Source: Octopus sinensis
Taxonomy: Eukaryota
DNA: 64,000 nucleotides
Direction: 5' to 3'
NCBI RefSeq assembly: GCF_006345805.1
Contig: NC_043002.1
Span: 92,938,001 to 93,002,000 of the forward strand
Position numbers and translations under genes: made by a program. Of the stretch, positions 49,897 through 62,199 are shown in pieces (the first letter of the stretch is position 1; every line of letters starts with the position of its first letter). A model generated the notes under the pieces. It worked only from the letters and a program-made list of their open reading frames with translations. It did not search any database and was not told the DNA's origin.

Positions 49897-50282
49897 GTAA
49901 GTGATAAATGCTTTTTTTTTTTATAATGGAAGTTTTAATTTTTTTAGTGGAAAGGATGTAGATGGAATGTATGTTATATTAACATGCATTGCAAATTCAC
50001 TCTAAAATGATTTCATGTTACTGTATTTCTTGTGAGACATTCCAGTGTCAGGAATAGTACGAAGTGATACAAAGTTTATTTCTAATACTTGTAAGGAGTT
50101 TGGGTGAGTGATGTAAGTAATCTAAAAGAAGTCTGTTATTGAGCAGAAACTTACCAGAGTTTGTCTAGCAAATTGTAGGTCAATTATTTAGCAGCTATTG
50201 GTTTAATGTAGTCCATTGATGTAGTTCTACTTGTTGGTATCTGGTCATTTTCATGTATTAATTTAACTTTTTTGTCTTTCAG

Positions 50283-50459
50283 ATTTGATCAATTTAGGAT
50301 TGTAAAATATCCTTTGACCACAGAATCTGCTATGAAAAAGATTGAAGACAATAACACATTGGTATTTATTGTTGACAAGAGAGCTAACAAACATCAAATC
50401 AATCAGGCTGTGAAAAAATTGTATGACATTGATGCTGAAAAAGTCAATACATTAATTAG
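50283..50459 (+). CDS. RPL23A: RPL23A exon 3
   Basis: ctttcag acceptor and gtgagt donor. Encodes [23 protein letters not shown]...VNTLI. Confidence 0.98.
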
Positions 50460-50583
50460 GTGAGTATTTCATCCTGGAGACCACTTAATGTTACTTGGTG
50501 GGAAAACTTTTATGACCAGTCTGTGTTTCATTTATGGTGTCTTTGGAGGAAGATTGGCAGTTTCCTAGCAGTTTGGGTTTTAA

Positions 50584-51161
50584 CCCTTTAGTGTTTAAAC
50601 CGGTCATATCCGGCCAAAATATTCTACCTATTTTATGTTCAAACTAGTCAGATATGGTCATTCATAGCTATCTTATTGTGTCATTTTAAAAATAAGCAAT
50701 CACATCATTGAAATCTCAAAGCCATGAAATGATGCAAGATTAATTTTACTTGGTGTGAATACATAAGCTTTACATTTTACAGAATAATCTGAAAGCTAAA
50801 GGGTTAATAGTGAATGCATTAGATAAGTACTTTATTTAACATATACTTGAAGATAGTCTTTCTATCAGGGAGTTAATAGATACATGTACAAAAGTAACCT
50901 TAACCCTTCAGCATTCAGATTACTTTGTCAAATGTAATGCATATTCTCATTTTTTAAAATTCTTATGTGTTATCTCATCATCATTTTCATCTGCTTTCCA
51001 TGCTGGCACAAGTTGGAAGATTTGATATGGAGCTGTCACACAGGCCCGTGTGTGGGAGACAGCGATTTTACTTTTTGAGATATTGATATTGTTTTATTTT
51101 TAGAATGACATTGTAGGATAGGTGTGAGAGTTTGGATCTAACCAGTTTAAATGCTGGAGGG
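50584..51161. mobile_element. Two family F MITEs in opposite orientation in RPL23A intron 3
   Basis: Copies at 50584-50803 and 50904-51161, each TTAA-flanked. The second carries a SINE fragment. Confidence 0.85.
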
Positions 51162-52757
51162 TTAAAGGTGTTGTGGGTTTTTATATTGTTTGTAAATGTT
51201 GTATCACAATGTAAGGCACTTGACCTTGCTTCGCTGCTATAGGCTTCTTATACATAGTATTTTATTATACTTGTCTTTCAGCGACACATTGAGTTGTTGC
51301 ACATGATTTTTATTAGGCTCGTCATTTTTTAAATTTAATTGAAAGGTGCTTTTCTCTCCTCCCCCTCAGCAGCTAGTGCATTGGCTGGTTTTCTGTTATA
51401 TGTTAGCAGGATATATACTGGCATGTTGTGTCTACAATTCCATTCCATTGTACTACAGCTTGGTCAAGTGCCTGCCATGAACTCATACCTTGGTAACTTA
51501 TAGAATTTGGTACATGGAAACTTCTGGAGTCTGTCTTATTGATTCTGCTTATGCCTATATAGATCTAAAATCTGGCACTTGAATGTGTATATATATATAT
51601 CTTGGAATATATACATACTCCATCACCACTACCTTGTCCTTGGGTTCCTTTAGTAGAGTGCACTCTATTGTAAGCATTCAAGCCAGGTCTTCAGTTTGAG
51701 GATATTATCTTCCCACTTGCCAATCTGAAGGTCCTATAAAGAATTATGGACCCTTCCTTCCCTAAGCTATGAAGGAAGAAAATGTTCTTTAACTTAACTG
51801 TTTGGCATTGAGGTTGGTATGAATATTGATGTTAGTCTGTATGTCGTTGAAATTAGTTATTTCTTTCAAAGGTTTTAGTCTATTTCCAATAACTATGTTT
51901 ACTTTTAACATAATAGATGTATTCATTAGGCATTATCAACCCAAGGCTATGATAGAATAATACCTCAATAATATATTTGTCTAATGTAGCAGGTATGATA
52001 TGAATATAGATTAAGCTTGCTAAAATGTCCCAAAATCCTTCATAGTAAGATAGTGAATTATTGATACAGGAACTGACCCAAACTTAACTCTTGAGCTTGA
52101 TTCAAGTTGTGAAAAGGTCACTAGATGAAACTTGAGGTCATCTTTGTTTTACATATATTTTTTCCATGCTGCTGTGAGCCATTATTGTTGCTCAAGCAAA
52201 GGACTTTTTATTCTACCAGTCTTTGGAATTGCATGATAAAGAATGTCAACTCTTTCTCCTTCCCAAAATTGTTTCAAAGCACAGAATGTAACTAACGTGC
52301 TGCTTCCATATAGTTTCTGTCTACCATTCAGAGCATTGATTAGTATGTAGTTGCGTTAAAATACACTTGCTCAAAGTGCCACCGCATCAACAATATTTAG
52401 CGTATTTTCTATGCTGACAAGGGTTGAACAACTTGACAGGGGCTGGCAAAGTAGGTTCCATGATCTGTTTTGGTTGGTTTCTATAGCTGGATGCTCTTCC
52501 TGATGCCAACCACTTTACAGTGTACTAGGTGCCTTTTCAATGATACCTTGGTTTTAGGATCTCATTTCTGTTGTGGTGTGCAGGTCTCTTGAGTACAGCA
52601 GAGTAAGATAGAATTGAAAACATAGTTACAAAGCGGATGCTATATCTCCCTACTCTCTTGCCTGTTGATTTGTAGTTCATCTTCAATAATTTAAATGTTT
52701 ATTTGTCAAGTGTCAGTATTGTCTTTGCCTTAAATTCTGATTATTTTATTTTTGTAG

Positions 52758-52827
52758 GCCTGATGGAGAGAAGAAAGCTTACGTCAAATTAGTGTCAGAT
52801 TACGATGCTCTGGATATTGCAAACAAG
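52758..52827 (+). CDS. RPL23A: RPL23A exon 4 ([24 protein letters not shown])
   Basis: tttgtag acceptor, gttagt donor, phase 2 in and 0 out. Confidence 0.98.
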
Positions 52828-54073
52828 GTTAGTATTTTAACATTTTTATAACCTATGCAAGTATGGCTGTGGTACGTAGTTTGCTTCCAAGCCATATAGT
52901 GTTGGGTTCAGTCCCACTGTAGGGCACCTTGGTCAAGTGTCTTCTATAGCCTTGGGTCAGCTAAAGCTCTGAGTGGGTTTGGTAGACAAATTGAAAGAAG
53001 CTTCTATGTAAGTGTTTGTCTCCTTGCCTTGACTACACATGATAGTTGCAAACTTGTGTCACTTTCTTGGGGAAATCTTACCCTACATGAGAAAAGATGA
53101 GGGTTGCTGACAGGAGTATCCAGCTGTAGACAACAGATCCATTCAAATTCCATCTGACCCATGTGAGAATGGAAAACTGACTGTTAAAACAGTTATGGTG
53201 AATTGTGCAATAGAGGTGCATATCTTTTTATAAATATAGTTTCTTAGAATTTCTGAGTACATTTGGAATATACTGTAATTAACATAGGGATGTCTGTAAT
53301 GAAATGGGTTGTAAAGAAGTTTCTGATTTCAGTTCCAATGTGTGATACCTTTTATCAAAGATTCAGATTAACCCAATCCTTGTGAGCTAAATTATAAAAT
53401 ATCATATCAGCCATGTCAAAATATACTAGCATATTATTCTAATCTTTGCTTTTACAGAATATCAAGTAACTCCTCTTGGCTCATACTGCATCCAATATAC
53501 TCAGTAATGTGGTTGCAGATGATTAGAGAATACATGACATCTTAATATCCTTTTCCTCCTGTCTCATGGCCATCTCTAGTTCAGTTGATTCAAGAGTTCT
53601 TTCAGTACATTGTAAAGCAAATGTTGGGTGGGGGGGTATTCATTAATGAAATCTGCAAGCAATGTGTTCCTCTGACCAATCTTTAAGGGCCCTGGCTCCC
53701 ATTAAGAATTTCTCCTGAAAGTGTTAACCCATCTAACTTTTGCTGACATCGAATGTGGTGGTGCAGAGCTTCTGTTGGCTTTCCCATACTCTTATTTGTA
53801 TTTGTGCTATCTACTTTGTGGAATTGTTAGGCAAAATGCAAGTTACCTCCAATATAGAACTATGGTGGGCTTGAATGATTTTTGTATTTAACCCTTTAGC
53901 ATTCAAACTAGCCTCTGCCATCTATCCTAAAATGTAATTCTAAAAGTAATTACTTCCTCAAAATCTCAAAGCTACAAGAGAATGCATGAATAATTAAGAA
54001 TTACATTTGAAAGTAATTTAAATAGGTTTCAGCTAATTTGTGTAACTAATTTTTTGTTTTTTTCTATTTTCAG

Positions 54074-54088
54074 ATCGGCATCATCTAA
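54074..54088 (+). CDS. RPL23A: RPL23A exon 5 (IGII-stop); total CDS 606 nt, 201 aa
   Basis: ttttcag acceptor followed by ATC GGC ATC ATC TAA, the canonical IGII C-terminus. Confidence 0.97.
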   Translation: MGII

Positions 54089-54111
54089 ACAGTACTGTAT
54101 AGCTTTATACG

Positions 54112-54117
54112 AATAAA
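54112..54117 (+). terminator. RPL23A polyadenylation signal AATAAA
   Basis: AATAAA lies 24 nt after the stop codon and is followed by T/GT-rich sequence. Confidence 0.75.
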
Positions 54118-57100
54118 CTATTGTGAATGTATTTTTAGTGTTCTTTTTTATCATTTATTGATCTCATTGTGTCCTGTCTCTAAGTAACACTATTGATTTA
54201 TGTTATAGTTATTATCAAAATACTATTCATAGTGTACTTGAGTTGTAAACCAGTTTGTCTTTTGGTTTTGATAGTTTCATTAATGCCTGTAGTGTATATG
54301 AAATAATGAACCTTTTTATATTTTAATGGTTGCATTAAAGAATTGAGATTGCGTAGTTTCATAGCAAATGAGAATTTATTTTAAATACTAGTATCTTGAT
54401 ATTTTTAACTAAATTTATAAGGTTTTCGTTGTACTTTTTTGAAATGAACTTACATGGTCAGTTTGGCTGCAGCAAGTGAAGGTCATTGACACTTTTTGGA
54501 AGACAGTTCTTGTTGGTGCTAAATGATTTATACAGAAGGAAGAATCTTGTTTGAGAGTCCATTAGTGATAAAGACAACTTTTTTTGTAGTTTTTGATAGC
54601 TTTAATCATATAACAAAACAAAATAAATATTTCCCGTCTTCTTTCTCAAATCATAATGACACATGAACAATATTTTCAGGAGGGAAAGGGTTATTGACAA
54701 GTGAAAAACTTATAGTATTCACACTAGTTTTGGTGGATAAAATAAAAACATTCTTTTGGTATTCTGGTAATAGCTTGTATAAGTGAAAATTAATTTAGGT
54801 TGGACAGTTATATTTAGTCATATAGTTAGGTTGTAATAAGTCTAGTTTTGAGTAATGTTGCTGTTCCACTCGGGTTTACATTCAAATTGTTCTAAACATT
54901 GAGCTACACGGTAGCAGCTATAATACTAACAAGCTAAATTGGTGGCATCTCTTTACATGTTATCACTTTAAAGCATGAGTAAATTGTAAATGAAAAGATT
55001 AAGTAAAATAGTAATTAATCCAACAAAAAGTGTTTTTTACCTTGAATAATTTAACTATTCCAACACAATCTGGTAGTTCTGGTTTAAATTAACATTACAG
55101 AGGTTTTATTACATGCAAATTGATGCAACATTTTACGTTTACCTGTTTAAAACCAGTGACATAATGAAACGTGTCATAATATTTGGTGATATGTTTCTTT
55201 ATATACCTGGCAAGATCAAATGATTGTGTAGTGAAATCAGTTGATTTCACAATTGAAATTTGAAACCAGGATGCTGGTTATAGTACTCTGCTAAAACCAA
55301 AGTGTCATTTGCAGAATATTATATATAGCAACCTATAATCCAGTTACTATGACAGCACACAGCTATACTGTAATTAGGTAACGATGTTTTATTGTTGGCT
55401 TATTGCTGTTATGTCTTTGCTCTGAGTATTTAGCTAACTGGTACTTATTCTAAAATCATGCTCAGTCTCACACATATATATATTCTTTTCTACTCTAGGC
55501 ACAAGGCCTGAAATTTTGGGGGAGGGAGCCAGTCGATTAGGTCGACCCCAGTCTGCAACTGGTACTTAATTTATCGACCCTGAAAGGATGATAGGCAAAG
55601 TCGACCTCGGCGTAAATCATATCTGAATAGTAGATACATTTATATTAATCTCTAAGTATAATAGGTTGGCTTAAATGTAATATACTTTAACGTTCCCTTC
55701 TAATTAGCTTTATTCACCTACATTTGAAATAAGCTTTTCATTAAAACATTTCCTGAAAAGGTCTTAACAAAATGTATGGTTGCCTACTGTAAGAACGCAA
55801 TGTTTTTAGCTGCCCTATAAGACGATTTTCTCTAGACAACTAACAAGCAGCATGACTATTTTGTTTAGAATAAGATGTTTAAAATATATTGCATGTAATA
55901 GTTCCTCCATGAATGTGTCTTGACAGATGCTCTTTAAAATGGACAATTTATAAATAATTTTTCAGTTGTACCAAATATAATTTATCAAAACCCGAAAAAA
56001 AAACATTGTGATGAAAAGTTAATACAAGATTCTATGTCGAAAATTATAAAAAAATATTGTTAGACTTCAAGTGGAGTTGTGCAGATCTCTTTATTTTTAA
56101 TAATTCCTCTGGTAAATTTTTGTTTCTTGAACAAACAAAACAGTAAAAAAAAAAAAAAACCATTTCTAAGGAAATAACTTCATTTTCAAACATTTTACTT
56201 TTCATTTTTTAAGTGTTGGTTACTGTAAATCCATGCTTTAAGTATGATGAACTGTAGCATTTGAAACAAGATAAATTAATATGCTAATGATAACAGTGTA
56301 TTAGATACCAATCTTGATCATATTAAATCCTAGAGACGAAAGAAATTTACTGTTTTCTTAATCAAGTGAGAACTTGTTTAAAATTAATAAAAACGAGTGT
56401 CTATAATTGGGTTCTTAGAGCCACATATTTTTAAAAAGTAGTTATAAGGCCTGAATAAAGATGTTTATGGAAGCTCATCAGTTCATGTTTTTATTGGATT
56501 TTTAGGAGCAAATAAAATTACTCTACAGAAATAGCATATTTATAATGAAGCTCAAATTCATGATTGAATATTATTTATTAGCTCTAAAATAAGTTAGCTA
56601 CCAAAGCACTTTGGTTGATATTTAGTTATTTTTTGGAAAAATCCCTCAACTAATACAATTACAATTTTAATAGTTGGTCAGCTATTGAAGATACTTATGA
56701 AGAAAGGCTGCTAAGAGAGTAAGGTGTTATCAACAACATTGAGACTAATAGACTATTGGCAGATCTTGTCAACATGGAATAAGAAGGATTTTTTTCATTT
56801 ATAATTTTTGGTGTTAATTCCATTTTATTTAATAATCAACAGAAAACAAAATTTATCACATAATGAAACACCGGGAGGTATATTGACTCCAACCAGCTCT
56901 GTTAACCAAGGGAGTGAGTGGAAGGGATAGATAATAGGGTTCTGTTTGATCAGCACGGCACTCTTATAGTAAACATTAATCTGTTGGAGTTGTGAATAAT
57001 AGAAGTGTTTCAGATATTTAATTAAACACCGGGGTGGGGGGAATGGGTCATTTGAGTTTAGGCTTTGTTTTTGTTTGTTTGTTTGTTTTTCTTTTTTGCT

Positions 57101-58722
57101 TCAAGTATAGTTGTTACAACCAGTTGGTGCTTTGATATGATGGAGTATTTTGGAACATTGTGCTGATTAAAATACTAGAACAAAACTAAACATGAATACA
57201 CTAAAATTAATAATAGACAATGACTTGAATCTAATTAAGTCTTTGAAAATAAATTCAATGCTTGGTGAACAGGAGATATATTCGTAAACTATTCAACACT
57301 ATCTTAGCGATAATTTAATCGTTTTTATGTTTGTGATAAAAAAACAGAATTAGAAAAAGACAAGTCCTTTGTAAAAACCTGAAAGCTATTATTAGAAAAT
57401 GTTAATATCAAAAAAGTTAATATATAGGAAAGTATTACAAAGTGTTAAAAACTGGTGTGCCAATTTTTAAATTCTATATTAAAGCTTATATAAATATGAT
57501 TGATTAATAACTTAAATGAATGATCTCTATGCAATATCTTACTAGAAATGGGTAGATACAAAAATTATTGGTTATATTTCGTTTAATGTCTCAAATCACC
57601 CTGTTCAAATAGGTATGACTTTCAGTGTAGTGACATATATACATACATGATGGAACTGTCTGGCAGGGTTTTGATATTTAAAAAACAATAGCAATTGCAG
57701 TCTATAAGAATTGCTTATATGAAACAGTTTTAACTCTTGTCAATAGAAACTTTTTTATCTAAATTAATAAAAAAATTCTATCTGTTTTGGAAAGGTGCTA
57801 AATATTATCAACTCATTGGTTAAAAAAAAAAATGGAACTTAAGAATAGTTTGCTGATTATCACCCTTACATAGTACACACCATTTCATAAATAGCTAAAT
57901 AATGCCCACCTAAATGGAAACCTCATTCAATTATAGACACTATGGAAAACTACAGTTGACAGAATATAAATGAAGCAGGGGATGGGAGTGATGTGGAACA
58001 GGAAAAAGCAGCACTGGAGAAATGTGTCTTAACATATTAACAAAAGTAGTATCAGAGAGGATTTTGTTGGATGGAAAACCTTTAATTATAGAACAAATGA
58101 GTTTTTTACTAAAAAAAAAAAAATTTTTTCTATCTTCTCTGCCTCATATTTCAGGGTTTGTCAATCATTTCAATGACATTTTAAATTAAAACAAATATGA
58201 ATTCTAATTCATATTTAAGACAGTGAATTACAATGCCTAAAATACTGGAATTTTACATTTAAAAATCTGTGCTAATATGCAATTGCAGTAGAGCTGGAAC
58301 AAATCTATACCTTGCTCTACTGTGTTAGCAGTGCTATTACATCACTTACGGTTATCTCAACAGATTTTCTATAGAAATTAAAACCAGCACTGATTTTGCT
58401 ACAATGTTTTGTATCCAAGATGCTAGAGGTATACAAACGCACCCGTTTTTCATCTTCGGTTTCATTGTTTACGTCTAGCTTCTCGGATATAACACATCAT
58501 AACAAAATCAGTGCTGGCTATAATTTGTATAGAAAATCTGTAGAAATAACCTTAACAAGTCTAACTGTAAATTATTCAATTTCTTTAAAAGCCGCTAATT
58601 AGAAAATTCTAAGACAATTTCCATTAAAAAAAAACAAGTTTCTTAAATTAATGATTTCTTATAAAATAGCATGGCAGATAAAAATCTAATGTTTTCAAAA
58701 TACAAAACAACTTTGGGTTTAA

Positions 58723-58943
58723 CCCTTTTGTTACTAATCCGGCCAAAACCGGCTCTGGCTGTGTGGTAAAATGTCTTGTTTTCATTAAAAGTTTTGGATT
58801 AAAATCTTCCACCAAACCTTAGTCACAATTTATGTTCCTAACACTAGCTGAATGATAACTAAGTTATTTTACTGAATTCTTTGTTATATTTAAAGTAATT
58901 GAAAGAAACACAGCATCTCAAAATAAATACAGTAATGAAAGGG
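58723..58943. mobile_element. piggyBac-type MITE family E
   Basis: TTAA TSD and TIRs. Confidence 0.9.
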
Positions 58944-59660
58944 TTAAACATATAAGATTGTTGCATCCACTTTTTCCTATTCCAAATGTATGTTTGATCA
59001 ATTTCACTAAATCCAAATATATATATATAATAATTTAAAATTAACTTCAAGTAAAGTAATTATATTACATACTATATGTAAAATGAATGCAAGTGCTGAA
59101 AGAGCTAGTTGCAGGTAAAAATGATCAGAACTCAGCAAAGCAACTGAAACTTATATAGAATCCTACATCAAGCAGCAAGAGAGAGGAAGATAAATGGTTG
59201 TACCAGCAGTAACTTCACTATCTTATTGTAAGAACTCTATAAAAGTATGCCCGTTGGTGAATTTTCAGACTGTACTTTGAGACAAATTCAGTAATACTAA
59301 CACTATTCAAGTAAACGTTAATACATCTAAACACATAAATTTTGGTAAATAAAATAATTTTAAAAAAACAGATGTTGTGCTTAATAAAATATAACTTTTT
59401 TAAATAATTAAAAGTGTTTTAAATTTTAAAAGTTTTAGAAACTATTTACAAAATCTAAATTAAAATGTTAACTGTCGTAATCTTAAAATACTATTTGATG
59501 AAAATGAAGACACTTCTGGTTTTTCACTTGTCTCTGAAAGAATGGAGTGTATGTAATTAGGCAGACAATATAAGTATATACAAAATATTGAGGATAGGTG
59601 TAAGGCAGGAATGGAGAGGTGAAATAATGTGGCTAAAAGAAAAAGTGTTAGTGGAATTAG

Positions 59661-59921
59661 TTATCGAGTTAATTCAGACGACCTCCAGGTGTCGGAGGTT
59701 TTCCAGTCATCTCTGAGACAGTGTTCAAACAAAGCTGCACGATTTTGGTTTTCTCCACGTTTTACCCAATGCCCATAGACTTTAAAAGCACATCCATCTA
59801 TAATTTTCCTGATAGTCTTCAGTTGGTAAGGATTTTTGAGTAGTGTTTCCACTGAGACATTTTGAGGATGTTGATAAAAGTACTGAAGTCGGAAGAAAAA
59901 CCGAATACATATAATGCCAGC
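59661..59921 (-). CDS. Probable terminal coding exon of an unidentified gene (AGIICIRFFFRLQYFYQHPQ...WKTSDTWRSSELTR-stop)
   Basis: Pyrimidine-rich acceptor (ctttgcag) at 59922-59923, then 86 open non-repetitive codons ending in TAA. Composition differs from the flanking AT-rich DNA. Family not recognised. Confidence 0.55.
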   Translation of the reverse strand, partial: AGIICIRFFFRLQYFYQHPQNVSVETLLKNPYQLKTIRKIIDGCAFKVYGHWVKRGENQNRAALFEHCLRDDWKTSDTWRSSELTR

Positions 59922-60124
59922 CTGCAAAGATATCAGAAAAATGAAAAGAACTTAGTTTCAATCAGTGACAGAACAGTCTGAAAGCCAATTTCAGCAAAGA
60001 AATGTTTTAAAAGTTGCCATATAATCTTTAACAATAAAATAGCTGAACTTGAGATACAATTTATTAAATATCACACAAGCCTCGCATTATAGTTCATCTC
60101 TGTCATTTGATGACAAGAATTTTA

Positions 60125-60531
60125 AGATCTTTTCGGTTTGAACAGCAGTTTTTAGCATAATTTCTAGGTAACTAAAAAATTTTAAACTTCATATAGTGGT
60201 AGAATGTGTTTATAAAACCTCTTTTTCTCTTGGCTTTATTGAGAAAATTCTATAGTTTGTTAGATATTTGTTGTTGTTTTTTCTGCAATTTCAACCAATC
60301 ACTGACGTCTATTGAGGTAAAAGAAAACATTCTGTGCCGTATGAATATGTCCCTTGTTTAAGAAACAGATTGGGTTTATTTACATTTGTGAAGAGAAAAA
60401 AGATACCCTTCCCCCCATCCCTAACCCTAAAACAGATTGAAATGCAATAGATCGATACTAGGGTCATAATTATGGGTGACAATTTCATATGACACTGCTA
60501 GAAAAAACTGCCATTCAAACCGTAAAGATCC
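60125..60531. mobile_element. MITE family G
   Basis: TIRs; 9-bp TSD agaatttta/aggatttta; two CCCTAA repeats. Confidence 0.9.
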
Positions 60532-60897
60532 AGGATTTTAATCTATCAACTGAATTAAACAGTAACTTGCTGAACATTCTACAGACACATGTACCCTAAC
60601 TTAACTTTCAAGCAGAATCAGTGTGACAAAGCAGTACCTTTTGAATTACAGGCACTATCCACTTAATGGGCTTCTATACAGTTTCCAGTTAAGTTCACTC
60701 ACAAGGCAATATAAAAGGATATTTGTCCATGATGCCGTAGGATCAAACATGGGACTTGTTGGTTACAAGGCAAACATCTAAACTAGTGGTTCTCAACCAT
60801 TTTTTGCCTGTGGACCCCTGTGACTGGTATTCTACTCAGGTGGACCTTCATAGCTATTCAATGTTTAAAAAAACCCTATTATATTTTTATAATTAAA

Positions 60898-61285
60898 CTA
60901 GCAGTATCGCCCGGCGTTGCTTGGGTTTGTAAGGGAAATAACTATATAAACATTTTTAGAGAGTTATAGCCAAAAAATAGCAAAAAAATGCATTAAAAAT
61001 GGAAAAAAAATTATGGTAAATTTTTTTTTAAATCGTTGACTCATCGTAGACATTTTTAGAGAGTTACTTCTCTTATATAATAGTGAAAAATGCATTAAAA
61101 TGGAAAAAAATGATGGTAAATTTTTTTTAAATCGTAGACGTGAGCTAATACCCAGAAGGGCTCGATATGAATCACGACTATAAGATACCCGCTTTTGGTT
61201 AAACTGCACCGCAAAATGTGGGAGTAGTTAGGAATCTAAATCGTAGGAGACAGACAGCACACAACCTCACTTTTATATATAAAGA
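60898..61285 (-). mobile_element. Non-autonomous Helitron, second subfamily
   Basis: Same 3' ~30 bp and similar 5' TC end but different interior; A|T site. A 5' stub also occurs at ~25530-25630 (+). Confidence 0.88.
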
Positions 61286-62199
61286 TATTAGGAATAACCT
61301 ACTAATAAGTATTCCTTTCCAAGAAATGAGTGGCGCCCATACATGGCTGCTAGTTTTCGCGGGCCGCGACCCCCACCTCTCGATATATCTTTCTCTATCT
61401 CCATCTCTTCACATTGTCTTTCGATTGCCACTCGACCTCCCACTTCCCTTCACCACCACCCTATATGCATATACACTAGCGACTGAATAATAACGGTCCC
61501 ACTTTTTGATTCAAACTGTTGCTGTCAACTTCGTCCGAAAAATGAATTCCAGCTAAGCAATATTAATTTAATTCAGCCCGTACCTACCAGAAATATTTCT
61601 GTGCAATTGATTGATCTTTAGTTACCCCTGTTTATCTCTATTATGTTATGACTTTTACTTTGTCTATTTCAGCCTCACGCCTCAAGTTATATATATATAT
61701 ATAATTCTATAGTTCATCTCAATATATCGATGTCTCTCTCATGTCTTGTGTTAAATATACATATAATCCTATAATTGGCCCCCTAATTTTATCGATCAGC
61801 CTCACGTCTCGTTAAATATAGAATAAATATATTTATAATTTTATAGCTCCTTATCGCTGTCTAAGATAAATTTAGCTTACGTATCTCCCATAAATCTGCA
61901 AAATATCTCTCTCTCAAATTTAGGTATTTTATACCTACTAATAAGTATTCCTTTCCAAGAATTGAGTGGTGCCCATACATGGCTGGTAGTTTTCGCGGTG
62001 CACCCGCCCTCCCACCCCCTCCACCGGTACAGGAAGTCCTAAATTTTCTCATCCTTGTTGTCTCCCATGTACACTTCAAAGTCCTACGCCACCCCCACCT
62101 CCTTCCATAAAAGGTAGTGGTCATTCATTGCAAGATATGTTAGTGTAGTGTACTCAGTTTGAACTTGAGTTTTATTGTTTGTGTATGAATCCTGCCAAA

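Noticed and set aside
51214-51473. 12-bp inverted repeat aggcacttgacc/ggtcaagtgcct
   Set aside because: Short, resembles eroded SINE A head sequence, and has no TSD.
49897-54073. SNORD42/SNORD4-like snoRNAs in RPL23A introns 2-4, including an H/ACA-like hairpin at ~52075-52130
   Set aside because: No correctly spaced C and D boxes, and no second hairpin with an ACA box, could be identified.
56864-57012. Loose ~150-nt foldback (tgaaacac/gtgtttca, actccaac/gttggagt)
   Set aside because: Only two 8-bp stems; compatible with chance or a very old MITE.
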